Shown: positions 12,757 to 26,272, numbered from the stretch's first letter. The stretch: 47,811 bases of DNA from Azolla caroliniana (GCA_043228905.1 JBHGNT010000230.1:1-47811), one strand, 5' to 3'. Numbers and translations are program-made. Notes: a model not told the origin generated them from the letters alone.

Positions 12757-14312
12757 AACATCGAATCACTGCACTACTAAATAACCTGTGGTTTCAGCCA
12801 CCATTATAAATGACTGGGAAAGCTGATTCTGCCTCAAATCTCCATTTTCCTGATCTCTCATGACATAGTTTGCAAAATAAGTTGAACAGAGTATCAAAGA
12901 TTCTCGTGACAATTGGCATTTGCAATTTCCTTAATGTGAAGAACCATTGAAGATCAATAAACAGAAATGGAACTCTTTAATTTGGTCCAGGCACATTTAC
13001 TTCATTCTTAACAAATTAATTAACACAGTAGGTAGGAAAGTCAACTTTGCTAGTAGCAAATCAAACGAAAAGCTCACAAAATTCACAATTTAATGTGGGT
13101 ATAAAGGTTATACAAGCATGGCCAAAGTTCAATTCAATCAAAATCTTTTCAAAGTTCGTGAACATATTTGTCAGATGAGCTTCTTGTTGGGTGTGCATAT
13201 TGTGGCTTTTTATGGCTGTGTATGTCATGGAGAAATCATAGCTTGAAATTCTGTGACATACAACAATTCGTGCATTTTGAAACACTTTGTTATGAGGGGA
13301 TCATTATGTTACTTGTATGCAGCACAACAAATGATTCTCCAGATTGTGTGGTGGGTTGGCTTCTTCCAACCTGGATAATTCAGAACGCAAGCTTCATGCT
13401 CCAATATTTGAAGTTCACATTGTAATGGTTGTTGAGTTCAGTGTTAGTATAGTATTTTTCCTCTTTCCTATTGATTATTATGCTTAAGCAATAATCAAGT
13501 TCCAGATTTAACCCTTTATCTCCCGATAAAATATGAAAACTAATAAGTGCACTTACTAATCAACCATGTCCCATCTTTTAATGAGAACATACTCATCCTT
13601 TCCACATGAACACTAGTTAGTACCACTACTAGAATGAGGTATTTTCGCAAGGAATGCAGATTGGACAACTGGTTGAGCTCATGGAAATTGAAGTCTCTTT
13701 GTTAATGTGGACAAATTCAATGTAATCATAGTAACAATGAACTAATCTCTTGAATTTGAAATTGTAATATTCCCATATGATCTTGTGTTCTTTCCTATTG
13801 TAATCTAACAAGTTGCTCCGAAACACCCAAAATCATATACAATTATCCACTTATAAAATAAGATTTGTTTATATGATTTGGTGGCAATTTAATCATTAGT
13901 TGTGCATCCACAACTATGACTGTGGACAGTCAAGGCACCTATGAATCATTGCCTAGTATTTACTAAGCATGCTGATAAGAGAGTTCTCAATTATCTGCAT
14001 TTCGAAAGAGTTCCACAGAGCTATTGCCCTCACTGACTAATACATCTGATTGTTACCCTATACACATTACCAAGAGGTTGGATTCTATGACGATGACAAT
14101 GATGGAGAAGCGAAATACTTCCAAGTAGCTTCGCATTATAACCACACATTCTCTAATCCTTCTCATGATCACCATCTTGAACAGCCCCCAAATACACAAG
14201 TTCTTTTGATCTTTAAATAAGCTATACATGGGAATAGCTCTCACCAGCCATAACTCTGGCTTATTCCATTCTCACTGCTATCGATATTCCATTCCCTATA
14301 TTTCACTCTCAC

Positions 14313-16871
14313 TTACTCCATTCTGTTTGTTTTTAAATCCATGGCAGCTGCAGTGTATATATTTTGCATACCAACATATGCAGCAGCACACCTGTCATCC
14401 AATTGTATTATTTTCTCAAACGCGAACCTCCCAAGTTCAACCTTCATCCATTTTTGACAAGCCCCCAAAAAAGCCAAACACATTGACACATCGTCCAGCA
14501 AAAAACGTTTAGCCATGCCAAAATCTCCTGCTCGCCCAAACAGATCCACCATGCAGGTATAATGCTCTACTGTTGGGGTGAGACCATACAACACAATCAT
14601 GTCATGAAATAACTCTTTTCCTATCTCTACTAGAGCTGCATGGCTGCATGCATTCATGACAACGAGGAAGGTAATTGAATTCGGCTGAATACCTACTAGT
14701 CTCATTCTTTTGAATGAATCCAAAACCATATTCATTTCACCTAGCTGTGCATATCCAGCAATAAGGGCACTCCATGAAACAACATCCTGGTCTGGAAGCT
14801 CAGAAAATACTGTAAGTGCACTTTCAAGTGCTCCACATTTTGTATACATATCAAGTAATGCAGTGCCAAGCACAACATCCTTAAGCAATCCCTCTTCTTT
14901 CACCTCAGAATGTATTCCTTCTCCAATCTTCAAAGATCCTATGGTAGCACAAGCTTTTAAAATGTAAACATACGTCACTGCATCTGGTGAGACTCCCTCA
15001 TCCTCCATATGTATAAAACATTCAATAGCTTGATGATTACACCCATTTTCCATGTATCCAGCTACAAGGGCATTCCATAACATAATATCATGTATAGGAA
15101 ACTCATCAAATACATTATGTGCCGCTTTAAGGGCCCCACATTTTGCATACATATCAATTAATGCTTTCCTGATTACAGTATTCTTTTTGAATAATTCTTG
15201 CTTCTTCATCTTCAAATGTATTTCTTCTCCAGTCTGTAGAGACCCTGCGATCGTACAAGCTTTGAAAATGCAAACATATGTCGATTCATCTGGTGAGATT
15301 CCTTGATCTTCCATCTCTCTAAAGCATTCAACAGCTTGCTCACCAAGTCTGTAATTGACATACCCAGCTATAAGTACATTCCATGACACGACATCCTGCA
15401 GAGGAAGCTCATCCAATACATCCCGCGCTCTTTGTAGCAAGCCACATTTAGCATACATATCAATTAATGCATTGCCAACTGCAACATTCTTCTTCACTAA
15501 TCCTTGCTCTCTCATCTTGACATGTATTCTTTCTCCAATCTCTAGACATCCCACACTGACACAAGCTTTTAAAATGCTGAGATAGGAAACTATATCAGGG
15601 GAAATTCCAACACTCTCCATCTTCCTCAAGCATTTCATCGCTTGATCACCATGTCCATTCCTGGAATATCCAGCTATAAGTGCAGTCCATGACACAACAT
15701 CACGCACAGGAAGTTCATGAAATACTTCATGTGCTCTTTGAAGCTCGCCACACTTGGCATACATATCAATTAGCGTGTTTCCAAGCACAATGTTCTTTCC
15801 TAATCCCCTTTGTCTCACCTTAGCATGTGTTTCTTCTCCAATCTCAAGAGATCCTATCACTGCACACGCTTTTAAAATGCAAACATAAGTCACATTATCA
15901 GGCAACACTCTTGCATTCTCCATTTGTTTGAAGCATTTAATTGCTTGATCTCCGAGACCATGTTCGACATATCCAGCTATGAGTGCATTCCATGATACAA
16001 CATCCTGTAGAGGAAGTTCGTCGAACACCTCACGTGCCCTTTTAAGGGCACCACACTTCGCATACATATCGATTAAAGTATTCCCAAGCACAATGTTCTT
16101 CTTCAATAATACTCTCTCTCTCACCTTTGCATGCAATTCTTTTCCAATCTCAAGGGACCCTATAGTAGCGCAAGCTTTTAAAACACTAACATATGTCACT
16201 TCATCAGGAGAGACTCCCTTATTTTCCATCTGTCTTAAGCATTTAATGGCTTGATCACCAAGTCCACTTTTGGCGTATCCAGCAATAAGTGCACTCCATG
16301 ACACGACATCTTGTTGTGAAAGGTCATTAAATATTTCCTCTGCTCTCACAAGGATGCCACATTTGGCATACATGTCAATTAACGTATTGCCAAGCTCAAC
16401 ATTGTCCTTCAATAAACCTCGCTCTCTCACCTTGGCATGTAATTCTTCCCCAATCTCAAGAGATCCAGTGTTAGCACAAGCTTTTAAGATACAGATAAAT
16501 GTTACCGGAGTAGGGATGATCTCCTCATCCACCATACGTCTGTAACATTCTACAGCTTGGTCAAACGCCTTATTCTCAACATATCCAGATATAAGTGCAT
16601 TCCATGATACAACATCCCGATGAGGAAGATGATCGAAAATTTCTTGTGCCTCTGCTACCGCTCCACAATTGCCATATGTCCGAATGAGAGCAGTAGAAAC
16701 ATAGATGTCCTTCAAGATCCAATGCTTCATATCAGAATGTAATTGCCTTGCTTTGAGGAGGTCTTTCTCTTTTCCACAGGACTTCACCATTTCTAAAATA
16801 CCATGATTCCTCTGTTTTCCATAAGAACCAGAAGAATAGGCAACATATGTGTGACATGGTGATGACATCAT
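14313..16871 (-). CDS. PLS-class pentatricopeptide repeat protein with C-terminal E domain and no DYW (organellar RNA-editing factor type), 852 aa, uninterrupted ORF
   Basis: Seven P-L-S triplets (DVVSWNALIAGY / PDxVTYVxILKAC / GNTLIDMYAKCG), ending P2-L2-S2 (PNSITFLVVMNACSH, PTVEHYTCMVDLFGRAG) and E-like LGACQKW...AAAYVGMQNIY. Confidence 0.95.
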   Translation of the reverse strand: MMSSPCHTYVAYSSGSYGKQRNHGILEMVKSCGKEKDLLKARQLHSDMKHWILKDIYVSTALIRTYGNCGAVAEAQEIFDHLPHRDVVSWNALISGYVENKAFDQAVECYRRMVDEEIIPTPVTFICILKACANTGSLEIGEELHAKVRERGLLKDNVELGNTLIDMYAKCGILVRAEEIFNDLSQQDVVSWSALIAGYAKSGLGDQAIKCLRQMENKGVSPDEVTYVSVLKACATIGSLEIGKELHAKVRERVLLKKNIVLGNTLIDMYAKCGALKRAREVFDELPLQDVVSWNALIAGYVEHGLGDQAIKCFKQMENARVLPDNVTYVCILKACAVIGSLEIGEETHAKVRQRGLGKNIVLGNTLIDMYAKCGELQRAHEVFHELPVRDVVSWTALIAGYSRNGHGDQAMKCLRKMESVGISPDIVSYLSILKACVSVGCLEIGERIHVKMREQGLVKKNVAVGNALIDMYAKCGLLQRARDVLDELPLQDVVSWNVLIAGYVNYRLGEQAVECFREMEDQGISPDESTYVCIFKACTIAGSLQTGEEIHLKMKKQELFKKNTVIRKALIDMYAKCGALKAAHNVFDEFPIHDIMLWNALVAGYMENGCNHQAIECFIHMEDEGVSPDAVTYVYILKACATIGSLKIGEGIHSEVKEEGLLKDVVLGTALLDMYTKCGALESALTVFSELPDQDVVSWSALIAGYAQLGEMNMVLDSFKRMRLVGIQPNSITFLVVMNACSHAALVEIGKELFHDMIVLYGLTPTVEHYTCMVDLFGRAGDFGMAKRFLLDDVSMCLAFLGACQKWMKVELGRFAFEKIIQLDDRCAAAYVGMQNIYTAAAMDLKTNRME

Positions 16872-17794
16872 CCCTGGTAAAGTTCAGTTTTAGAGCGGGG
16901 CGGAAATGCAACCATATCAATAATAGTTTCCGTTGTGGTTTTGTGTCTAGAATATGGGTCAAAAACCATATCCAACTGATCAAAATAACCGTGAAACTGG
17001 TTTTTGTAAACATAAGATAAACCGTGTCTCTGTGAGCGAGATCAGAAATGAGATGAGGTACCTTTGCATCACGCTGATCCCAGAATCGGCGTCGTTATGT
17101 GAAGGAGAGCGTCCCCCGTGGCTGTTTACTCGGCCTTAGCCACATTACATGCCTGCATGCTCTGTTCCTTCCACCTACATATACATTATATATCTGTATC
17201 ATGTATGTATCATGTATGTATGTATAGCCATAGCATATATATGTTTATGCTCATACATATCACATCATATTTGTATCCTGTGTGCGCTTAACTAACTCTT
17301 CTACTAAATTTTTAGGAAAAAAATTTACATTTTGGCCTCCTCTCCAAATTAAGACTACCCCTCGTAAAGCTACACATATCAAGAAGAGTCGAGGCATCTC
17401 CTAATCACGTGAAAATTAAGAGTTGCAAAACCCGGAAGTAATGCACATGTGTTCATTTTGGTGCGTAACAACTCCCTGCCTTTTTGTCTCAGCAGTTGGA
17501 TCTGCGAAATCATCTTGAAGGAATTTTACTCCTAATTGCAACCACACATTAACGAAGCGTTTATAGCCATTTCGGAAAATAACTACACATACTCTAGTGC
17601 TTTTTAAATACATATAAGCATATTGTGGCATGTCTCTCATGATTGATAAACTAAGCTTGTGTATTAGAAATTGAAAAAACATCTTAGTGTGTCGTCAAAG
17701 TGACCTAAATTGGTTTGTTCATAGATGAGGGTGTGAATAAGATGAAACTCCAAGTTAAGCACAATGACATAGGCATATCCTAGTAGTTTCCCTC

Positions 17795-18066
17795 ATAGTA
17801 TGAACCATACGTACCATACACGAATGGTTCAATCATTCGCGAAAGAAAAACACCCTCAAAGAATGATAAATACCATACTTTTGGATTAACTATTTATTAT
17901 GAGGTAGATAAGCCTAAAAATGAAAAAAAAAACAAAAAAAAAACATTAAAAAAATGGGAAAAAAACAAAAAAAAAAACACAAGAATGTTCGAATAACATT
18001 CGCATTCGTTTTCCAATGTAGGAAAACGAATGTTATACTAGACGAACACGAATTTTACGTACTATG
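17795..18066. mobile_element. MITE-like dispersed repeat, copy B
   Basis: Short inverted termini catagta...tactatg; colinear similarity to 7070-7372. Confidence 0.55.
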
Positions 18067-18701
18067 GAACTTTCCCTAACTAAGCATGACAACAAAGCAA
18101 TCTTGTACATCACCTTTTTTTGGGTTTTTACCATATACGAGGAGGCCAAATATGATATATGGCAACAAAATAAATATCTACATATTGCATATGTCGCCTT
18201 CCTAACAAGGGGATTGCTACTTCCTTGTAAAAATTCTCTATGAGAAAGTATATATGCATACACATTATGTGCTCAAACTTCTCGACAATGCTTTGAGTAA
18301 GAAACCTAAGTTCCTACCCCATTCACAAGTGGTCATAAGCACCTAGGTAATGCTTTGAATGTTGTTTGCTTCGAAAGCATTGGGATTTTGGGCACATAAT
18401 TTTCGATAATTATTGATAATTACAAATGTTTGATTGATGATGAGGTGAGACAAAATGGTCAATACTGTTTACAAAGTGAGTTGTATACCCATATTTTTCA
18501 GGTCTATTTTTTTCCTTGATAAATCACAAATTAAAACGTAAATATTTATCATTGGAGAGGATGATAGTAGTAAATTCATTGGCTCTTCAAAATCCAAATA
18601 GGAGACATGAAGAGATCAATATTCTCAAGGTCGATTACTAATGGAAAAACTAAAAATGAAGCAATTGAGGCATATATTGTTCAATTCTATGTAAGCTAGT
18701 A

Positions 18702-21098
18702 GTTTTACAATCTAGGCCAATTGCTGATTTGCATTGGGATCCGTCTAATTATGGTTGGAAGCTGTCCAGATCAGACACTTTGCAAACGAAGGTCCTCCCA
18801 TTCTTCACATATTATGTGGCGTTTGGAAGGAATTTTCTTTTGAATCGGTACCTGTGGGGAAAAAATATTGGGAGGAAGGTAATGTGTCATCCTCGCATAT
18901 GTTGAAGTTTTGGAAACAATTTTGGTCACTTAAGTGTATGAATAAGGTATTACAGTTTTGATGGTTCATGATTCATTATGCCTTGCTAGTAGAAGGTTTA
19001 TTGAGGAGAACAATGCCTGATAGATCATGTGTTATGTGCGGGTTTGCAGTTGAGACATTGCATCATGTTTTTTGGGAATGTGTTGCGGCCAAAAGTTTTT
19101 GGTTTCGAATTCTTAGGTTATTAGGTCATAAGTATAGGTCAACCATTTTCACGTGGGGTGCAGTATTTTGGGGAACGTTGGATCAACAAAAGGCTTTTTA
19201 TCAATATCATAATTCTTCATTGACTTTACAGGTAAAAAGTTTTCAGGTGTACTCTATTTCAACCTCCGTACCAGGAATCAAGTTCTTCTCATGGTGTTAT
19301 GTTTGGCAGATTGTTTCCTCTTTGGCTCGATGGGTTTTGTGGAAAGCGAGATGTTCCAAACTATACAACGATGAACAAATTCATGTTGTGGATCAGGTTA
19401 AGACCTTTTGGGAATTAGTGATACATACAGTAAAAGGTGAGTATGATAGTTATAAGGGTTATGGAAATAAAGCTAACCGGAAAAGAAGAAGAATTCATAG
19501 AGTTTGGGCAGCTATTCCTATTTTGTTGGATGCAGGTGATAATGTTAAGTGGAATTACGTTCCACCTCGTTGGTTGTTTCCGCCACCAACACCGTTCTTA
19601 GTGTAGACAACATGGAATTTGGTGAAAATGGCGATAGGGTTGCTGTGGAATTATTTTGAAGCAGATTTAGTTATTGTAACTTTTAGAACGATGAATGAAG
19701 ACGGGGACAGAGGCAAATACAAATTTTCATGATGGTTTGAGGAGTGTGTATATACAGGAAAGTAGTGAAAATGGAGAGGACTTTGATGGAAAATGGCGAG
19801 ATGCTTTGATGTGGAAGTTTTTTTGAAGTAGACTTATTTATTTTCAGTTTTTAGAATGATGAGTGAAGATGGTGGCGGAGGCAGAAGCAAGGTTTCATGA
19901 GGGTTTGAGGAGAGTGGATTCATTCTGGTTTTCTTTTTGTAGGTACAGAACTCGGGCGATGAATTGCAAGATGGTTGTAGTGGAAAATGAAGTTGATTTA
20001 TTTTGAAAGGATGAGTGAAGATGGTGACGGAGGCGGAAGCAAGGTTTCATGAGGGTTTGAGGAGAGTGGATTCATTCTGGTTTTTGTAGGTACAGGACTC
20101 GGGCGATGAATGGCAAGATGGTTGTAGTGGAAAATGAAGCTGATTTAATTTTGGAAGGATGAGTAAAGATGGTGGTGGAGATAGAAGCAAGGTTTCATGA
20201 AGGTTTTAGGAGAGTGGATTCATTTTGGTTTTTGTAGGTATGGGACTCGAGTGATGAATGGTAAGAGGATCTTGATGCAAAATGGAGAGATAGTTGATGT
20301 GGAAGTTTTTGAAGCAGTCTTATTTACTTTCAGTTTTCAGAATGATGAGTGAAGATGGTGGCGGAGGTAGAAGCAAGGTTTTATGAGGGTGAGGAGAGTG
20401 GATTAATTATGTTTTCTGTATGTACAGGAAATTGTTGAAAATAGAGAGATACAAGACTCGGGCAATGACTGGCAAGATGGATGTTGTGGAAAAGGAAGCT
20501 GATTTATTTTTGAAAGGATGAGTGAGGATGTTGTCGAGGGTTGAAGCAAATGTCATGAGTGGATGAGGACAACTAATTTTTTCTTTGTTGTCTATAAAGG
20601 AATTCCATGGAAAATGAAGAGATGGCTAATGTGGAAATATTTTGAAGCACATTTATTTGTTTTTAGTTTGTACAACGATGAGCGAAGATGGTGGCGGAGG
20701 CAGAAGCAAATTTGCATGAGGGTCTGAGGAGATTGGATTGAGTAGAGAACCAATATTTTCATATGGTAGGTTCATCTGGATCATTTGGATATGATGAACT
20801 CTTACATGTAGTAGCGATCAAGGAACCATTGTGAAAGAAGATATATCACTACATGTTGAATACGATGGAATTGATGTTAGGGGCTTTGGCATGGCATCAA
20901 CATTACTTGGTGATATGGACGCTGGTAGGGCAACAATATTACTTAGGGAGAAGTTCACCGATATTATCTTGTATCTTGCCTTTATCTTTATCTAGAAAGA
21001 TTGGCTGCACAATATTCATTGTAATGTTGGATTATCTTGTATCTTGCCTTTGGCTACTTTAATCTTAATACGAATGGAGGATAATTTTTATGGAAAAA
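18702..21098 (+). mobile_element. 5'-truncated L1-like LINE (ORF2 C-terminus with zf-RVT, 18755-19606) with a ~1.5-kb 3' tail
   Basis: Zinc finger CVMC...HHVFWEC and terminal WNYVPPRWLFP. Short A-run at ~21094-21100. Perfect 19-bp TSD aattctatgtaagctagta at 18683-18701 and 21099-21117. Confidence 0.9.
19690..20740 (+). repeat. Modular tandem array (~7 units, ~150-190 bp) inside the LINE 3' tail
   Basis: Core gatgagtgaagatggtggcggaggcagaagcaaggtttcatgagggtttgaggagagtggatt recurs at ~19690, 19858, 20010, 20158, 20347, 20517 and 20677. Confidence 0.9.
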
Positions 21099-21897
21099 AA
21101 TTCTATGTAAGCTAGTATCCTAATATGGGAATCTGTTTGAAAATCAAAAGAATAGTCTTTGGAGAAGATAGGCAAAGATAATTTAGAGAGCGATGAAAAA
21201 CAACACAAAATTAATTGATTGGATATAAATTTGAAGTCAAGAGTTTTTTGCAACTTGGGAAGTAGTGAGAAAAGGCAAGTCTTCTGAACATAATACACTT
21301 GCCATAAAGTGGTCTAAGTGGGCTTAGTCGATTATCAAGTATGATTAGATTGTTATGATACAAGACGTGCAATATAGATACATGGTATGCATTAATAGAC
21401 ATATTCTCAATACAAGGTTTCTCATGTACTACAACACCTTCATTCAATAGTGCATTTTCAAATTGAATTCTTTTGGTTGATATTTTGGGAATTTTAAAGT
21501 ATAGTTGACTATAATGCTTGGGTTTCACATTAGCAAGAAACGTTTAGTTCTAGCAACAAAACACCTTTGTATGATGGGTAATTTTATTAAATAATTGAGA
21601 GTAAATTGCAATATTTAGGTTATGTTGGATGCAATTAGTATAATGGTTCCATCTACAAACACGTGATTCAAGCATCGACACTAATTTATTTTGCTAATTG
21701 TTTCACTATCTAATCGGTTAGGATACATGACTCTCTCTTTTTGTAGATGTATGTTTGTCATTAAAACAATATGATAATACAACCCTCGTTATCACCATTA
21801 CTTAATTAGTAGCGATATGGCAAGGTAAACCGTCTCAAGTGTTGTAATACTAGATGACATAACTCTACCTCATATGGGGCAATTAGGTTAGTATGCC

Positions 21898-22960
21898 TAG
21901 TGTTGCCTTTTGACGGCCAACATTGCATGTCATGAGACCGGTATTCCAATATTTTTGCCCGTCAAATGATGGTTTGTCGAAAAAATTGCCCTTCAAAAAG
22001 TAAATACATTGAATATTCGTATTAAACAATATATTATACCCTTCTATCCTTTGCATCTTTCCTATTTTCATATACACATTCTATTTCTTCAATGTGTGGC
22101 CCATTCAATGAGAATCACATTAAATCATCTAAATGTTCTATATTCAATCGGTTTCTTTTCATCTCTTTGATGAGATTTTGCTTAGAGAACCCTCTCTCAC
22201 ACAAAACCGTGGTAGATGGAATAACCAAAGTAGTGTGCCATAATTTCATCAAATGAGGGAAACTATCTTGTCAATCCTTCATTTTGCAAAACATACGCCA
22301 AGCTTCATGCATAGTATAGCCTTCACAATTTAAAGTAAAGTGTCAACAAACCTATAGAGTTCCATTTCACAAGCCTTTGCATCATGTAAAAATTGAAGAC
22401 ATGCATTGACATCAATGATAAATTATAACTTGTGTGTGAGACTTGCAAAGTTATGGATGTATTCCATCAATGATCAATTATAACTTGTGAGTGAGAGAGA
22501 GGATGAGAAAGAAAGAAAGAACAAAGTACAACTTGATCAATGCAAAGAGCTTGAGAAAGAATTATAACTTGATCAAAGCAAGGGAGAGAGTGAGAGAGAA
22601 ATAAAAAAAGAAGTAGAAACAAATGGAGAGAGAGAGAGAAAGAAACAAACAAAAGAGAGGAATGGGCTCAAAATAGGAGAAACCCTAAGTTTATTTTCCT
22701 TCTCTTTTATCATATCACATAACATATGTTTTACACATTTACTTTCCTTAAATAAAACTATATGCTATGGCCTATGAATTGTAATTTGTAACTACTAATA
22801 CATGTACTATTGTTTTGGCCTTAGCAAAATTTAAACCTTCATTTTTACGTTTTTATAAAATATATGCCCGTCAAGATTGACGGTTTCATTTTCAAATTAA
22901 CCTTCATATACGGTTAAATTTGCCAAAAACGATCAAAACAACCGTCAAAAGGCAACACTA
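21898..22960. mobile_element. Non-autonomous hAT-superfamily DNA transposon (1063 bp)
   Basis: Perfect 19-bp TIRs tagtgttgccttttgacgg (21898-21916) and ccgtcaaaaggcaacacta (22942-22960). Perfect 8-bp TSD agtatgcc (21890-21897, 22961-22968). Subterminal ccgtcaa/ttgacgg motifs. No transposase ORF. Confidence 0.9.
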
Positions 22961-25669
22961 AGTATGCCCAAGATGCTTGTTGAATTTGCTATTGTTTTCC
23001 ATTACTACTTGTCCAATTCAGTTTCCGTTGCATAACTTGATACTTTGAGCTCATGCAATGGTAGATGATTTGTTCACGTTCCTAGAAGATGAAACAGATA
23101 ACATAACTAAAGCCATTGAGGTGTTGCATTTGCATTGGTGTCAAGGTTGCACATGTAAGTTCGTTAGGGTTACACCATAGGAAATTTTGTTGATCTTGGA
23201 TGACATGGCCAAATACTTGAAAAAGGTAATGTTTGTTGTCAATGTAAGCTACCCCATTGATGGTTTGTCTCAGCTTGTGAAATTTAGACTTGGATATTGG
23301 TACACACACTCCTAGATAAAAATAAGCGTTGAAAGTATTTCGTATTCCTATTTGCTACTCGATTCGTAGTGGTAAAAGTAATAATGATTCCCATGATTTC
23401 TTTTTAGTAGGAATTACTACCTAATAAATCACTTCATTGATTTGCTCCTCCAGTAAAGAAAATGGTATGGAATAAATAAAGTGCAATGACTAACCTAAAT
23501 AACTTGGGTTTCATGGAATCATATATGCAACCCAAAGAATTTTACAAATAGCAACCCTATTGAATATGGAAGAGCATACGGTTGCTTGAAGATCCTATTA
23601 AAAGTATGTATTAGGAACTCAATCTTGGGTGAGCAAAAAATGTTCTCTTGTGACAAAAATATTGGTACTTACCAATGTAAAACAAGGATTAAAGCATCTA
23701 GTGTCATGTTGTCAAAAGTGTTCGGTTATTTAAATGTTCAAAATTGATTATGGTTTAATATTAGTGCTTTAGTAGCAAAGAAGTTTGAAATTGGTGAAGC
23801 AACAATCTCCAAAATGCTAAGTGTACAATATTAAGTCTCTAGGACAAAGGTACTAGCATTCTCATGGCTTTTGCATTGGAATGTAAAAGAAAATTTCAAG
23901 TATGGATTTAATCGTTTTGTGAACTTGGCTTGGTAACTATCCAAATTGTGATTTTAGTGCATATAATCATCTAATGGCATTCTAAATTGTTTGAACCAAG
24001 TCCATATTTCTCCCAGATATGATCATTATTTTCTATGCCTATTATTGTGGCACATGGTTTGAAGTTGGTAGCAGATGAGTCCTAACAAGAGTAATTAAAT
24101 AGCCAAAAATCGATATTTGTGGTGCATAATATTGATTTTTATTGTAAGTTGATTCACGTTGTTGGTGTTAGGTTGGTGGTGAAGGTATTATTTACATGGA
24201 CCATTACCTGGTTAGCGGTGGGTGGTTGCCTTTGGTAATGCCTTTAATATGCTAACACATTTTCAATAATTTTGTCCCTTTTCAATGGGTTTTTGTTTAG
24301 GGTACAAAAGGTTGTTTGTTTGATGGTTATCATCGAGCATCACAAGAAGTGCATAGGCTAAAATAAAATTAGATTCGGTTGTTCTCACATCTGAGCTATG
24401 CGGGCACTTTATCCTTAGAAGGGGTTCCCCTACATCAATTAGTCTTGCAACACCTGGAGGATTTTACCTCGCCATGTTTTCCTCACTATCACGAGGACAA
24501 TAAGGTTATTTTAATTGTCACTATGCTTTAATTAATATATGTCCTCCTTTTTATGAAAATCAAAATTGAGAGAATCATTACAAAGTGAAATAGGTTTACA
24601 TAATCCAAGCAATGATATATTGCTTCCTTATGACATGCATATAACTTAACAAATAGGAGACAGAACCGTACACATTTTAGCAATTTTAAGAGAGACACTT
24701 AGACTAAGAAATCGCTCCTACATGTTGATTGGATGAGCTTCATTTTCTATTTAAAGTAAAATGTCCCGAGAGAGTCCAACTTTCACCGAATGTATACAAT
24801 CTCGTTTATTCACGAAGTCATATCATTGCGTTTTCTCCATGTGGTCCATCTTATGGAGTTGTTCTCCCATTGCCTTCTTCGACAATGTTGGTAATGATTT
24901 GAAGTTGTGCCATTGTTACTCTACTTGGGCATATAGATGCTTTTTACAATCTTCCTATAGAGAGCATTTAGGTATAACATGTAAGAAGACTCACATCACA
25001 AGTTATTGGGGAACAATGTTTTTTGCTAGCGCTTTCATCGAATTGAGTTCCTAGGTGAGAGGAACCCAATTGCCCTCCTTCTCTCATGTGCCGGGGCACG
25101 ACACCTCAAGGGCCATTAAAGGGTAAGCTCCATTGCAAAAGTGAGCGAAAAAGAAAACACGTAATGAAAAGAGGAAAAGATATCTCTTGATAATATTCCA
25201 AAAGCAAAAGTTGGAAATGACCGGTCCAATGGGCCCAATCATGTGCTAGTGTCATGTTTTAGTTAGTTATGCACAAAGGGGCACAGGTCAATCAACTAAT
25301 TGTAAAATGAAGGATGCATAATAAGTCAAGCGGATCAAATTGCAATAATGTAGTATTCAATATATATATGCGCACATGATTTAGGATTGACCAATCCTTT
25401 CCTATGGTTCACTAGCAAGCCTTATTAACTAATCGAGGAATGAATAATGCAAATGTAAGTTAGTTAGTATGGTGGTAGTGGTGGTTGTCGTTGTTGGGTG
25501 GGACGAGACCATCAAGCATATAATCGTGTTTCCATGCAATGCGCCTTTTCCAAAATTATAGCGAAGCGGAATATACGCTCTTTCTGGTCCATTCATTGGT
25601 AACAACAACAATGACGACCACAAGAGACGTGCGAGCAACCCGCTATCCCCCCCACAAGTCTCACTTAGC

Positions 25670-25805
25670 ACATACATACATACATGCTATAATACATACT
25701 ATACATACATCAGACATGCATGCATGCATACATACATGCATACTATACATACATGCATGCATACTACACATACATGCATGCATACTATACATACATACAT
25801 ACATA
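25670..25805. repeat. Compound (CATA)n/(CATG)n microsatellite upstream of the expansin
   Basis: Repeated catacatgcatgcatacta units. Confidence 0.8.
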
Positions 25806-26272
25806 GTTTTATAATGAGGCCGAATGAATAACTTTATTTGGCTGGTGTCCTAGTCCTACATTTGTAACAGGGGATTGGAGCCCACCATGATGGATAGATA
25901 GATTGATAATGATAGACTGATGAGAGAAAGAGAGGGAAAGAAGGGCCGCTCATCATGGCGTTAATGCCGTTAATTGAAGAGACTTAGAATAATTGAAGAA
26001 AAGGACGGTGAGGACGACCCTTACCTCTCATGGGTTGCTGTGTGTCTGTCTGTACTTACTCTCCCTCATGGCCTTCATGATAGCAACGGCTGCAACTAGC
26101 AGGGACATTCATCCACCATATCTATAATATGTAATTACATACATACATATATACATACATATATATATATATGTATGTACATACACACACAAGACAGACA
26201 TTAAGAGGTTGCAACCACCGTGACCGCAAATACATACATACATACATACAAGCCTAATTTGAATTAAATAGA

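Noticed and set aside
14710-16545. Several plus-strand ORFs with mutually similar sequence
   Set aside because: Antisense shadows of the PPR repeats.
19690-20740. Repeat-and-linker array superficially like CRISPR
   Set aside because: Eukaryotic context, long degenerate repeats, linkers related to each other, no cas genes.
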